Shown: positions 63,386-64,000 of the stretch, one piece after another | Numbering within the stretch: position 1 is the stretch's first letter | How the letters are laid out: every line of letters starts with the position of its first letter | NCBI GenBank assembly: GCA_965153285.1 | Contig: OZ229113.1 | Length of the DNA: 64,000 bases | Strand: one strand, 5' to 3' | Origin: Podarcis tiliguerta | Taxonomy: Eukaryota | Translations under genes and position numbers: made by a program | The notes under the pieces: generated by a model | The model's input: the letters and a program-made list of their open reading frames with translations, nothing else | Told to the model about the DNA's origin: nothing | The model's database searches: none

Positions 63386-64000
63386 AAGTGTAACAATTTT
63401 AGGTAACAAATGTGTTTGTCTTATGAATTAGTCAGTGTGCACTTGCCATATCTGTGTACGTTGTGCCATGTGTAACAAATAGAACTATTTCCCCCTAAAG
63501 AAATATTAATTGCAAAATTGGTTGCAAAATAGATACATTACATTTGGATAAATTTGCAAATAAAAACTAGTTCTTTAAAAACAAGTAAGCACTTAAAAAA
63601 AATCTGCTACCCAATTAATCAGGGGCACATTTTAGTCAAATCAAAATGTTTTTCATGGGATAGCCAAACAGATTAATCTTTTCATTCGTAGTAATAGACG
63701 AATGGAGCGGGGAGTATTCAGATGAACTATTTGTTATTCTTCTGGCAGTATGTTCTGCAAGTTGTATACGAGGGTTGATTGTTTTGTATGGAGAAACACT
63801 CAGCCTCTCTAGTCTGAAGTGGGGTTATAGTGGAGACACATATTTCCTCCCTTATCTATTTTTTTCTGAGAAATAGGTTTGGAAGATAGTAGTCTGTTTG
63901 TGTAAAGCCACATAGCAGCACAGGCCAGATGCGACTTCCTAGCTTGCAACGCTTGTCTTTTAGCCACTCTGCTTCTCCAGTTGTTGTTTGTTGTTGTTGT

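Overview
This is AT-rich, non-coding vertebrate DNA, almost certainly from a lacertid lizard (Podarcis/Lacerta/Zootoca group), judged from five Sauria/Squam1-type SINEs. I recognise no host protein-coding gene, rRNA, tRNA gene or CRISPR array, and the ORF track is noise or transposon-derived, so the window looks like a large intron or gene desert. It holds many elements: Sauria SINEs, tRNA-derived SINEs, Tc1/mariner (Tigger-like) and hAT MITEs with readable TIRs/TSDs, decayed L2 and CR1 fragments, a decayed DIRS methyltransferase/tyrosine-recombinase segment, a Penelope-like inverted end and solo-LTR-like pieces. It also contains microsatellites and two N gaps. The most unusual items are (1) a GC-rich 222-bp LTR-like cassette between two identical quasi-palindromic 17-mers resembling a tyrosine-recombinase crossover site, (2) a perfect 63-bp inverted duplication that copies the head of an old SINE, and (3) a dense GATA/E-box cluster. 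A few splice-site-bounded candidate exons exist but cannot be assigned to a gene. Repeat family names come from recalled consensus features, not a database search, and some boundaries are approximate.
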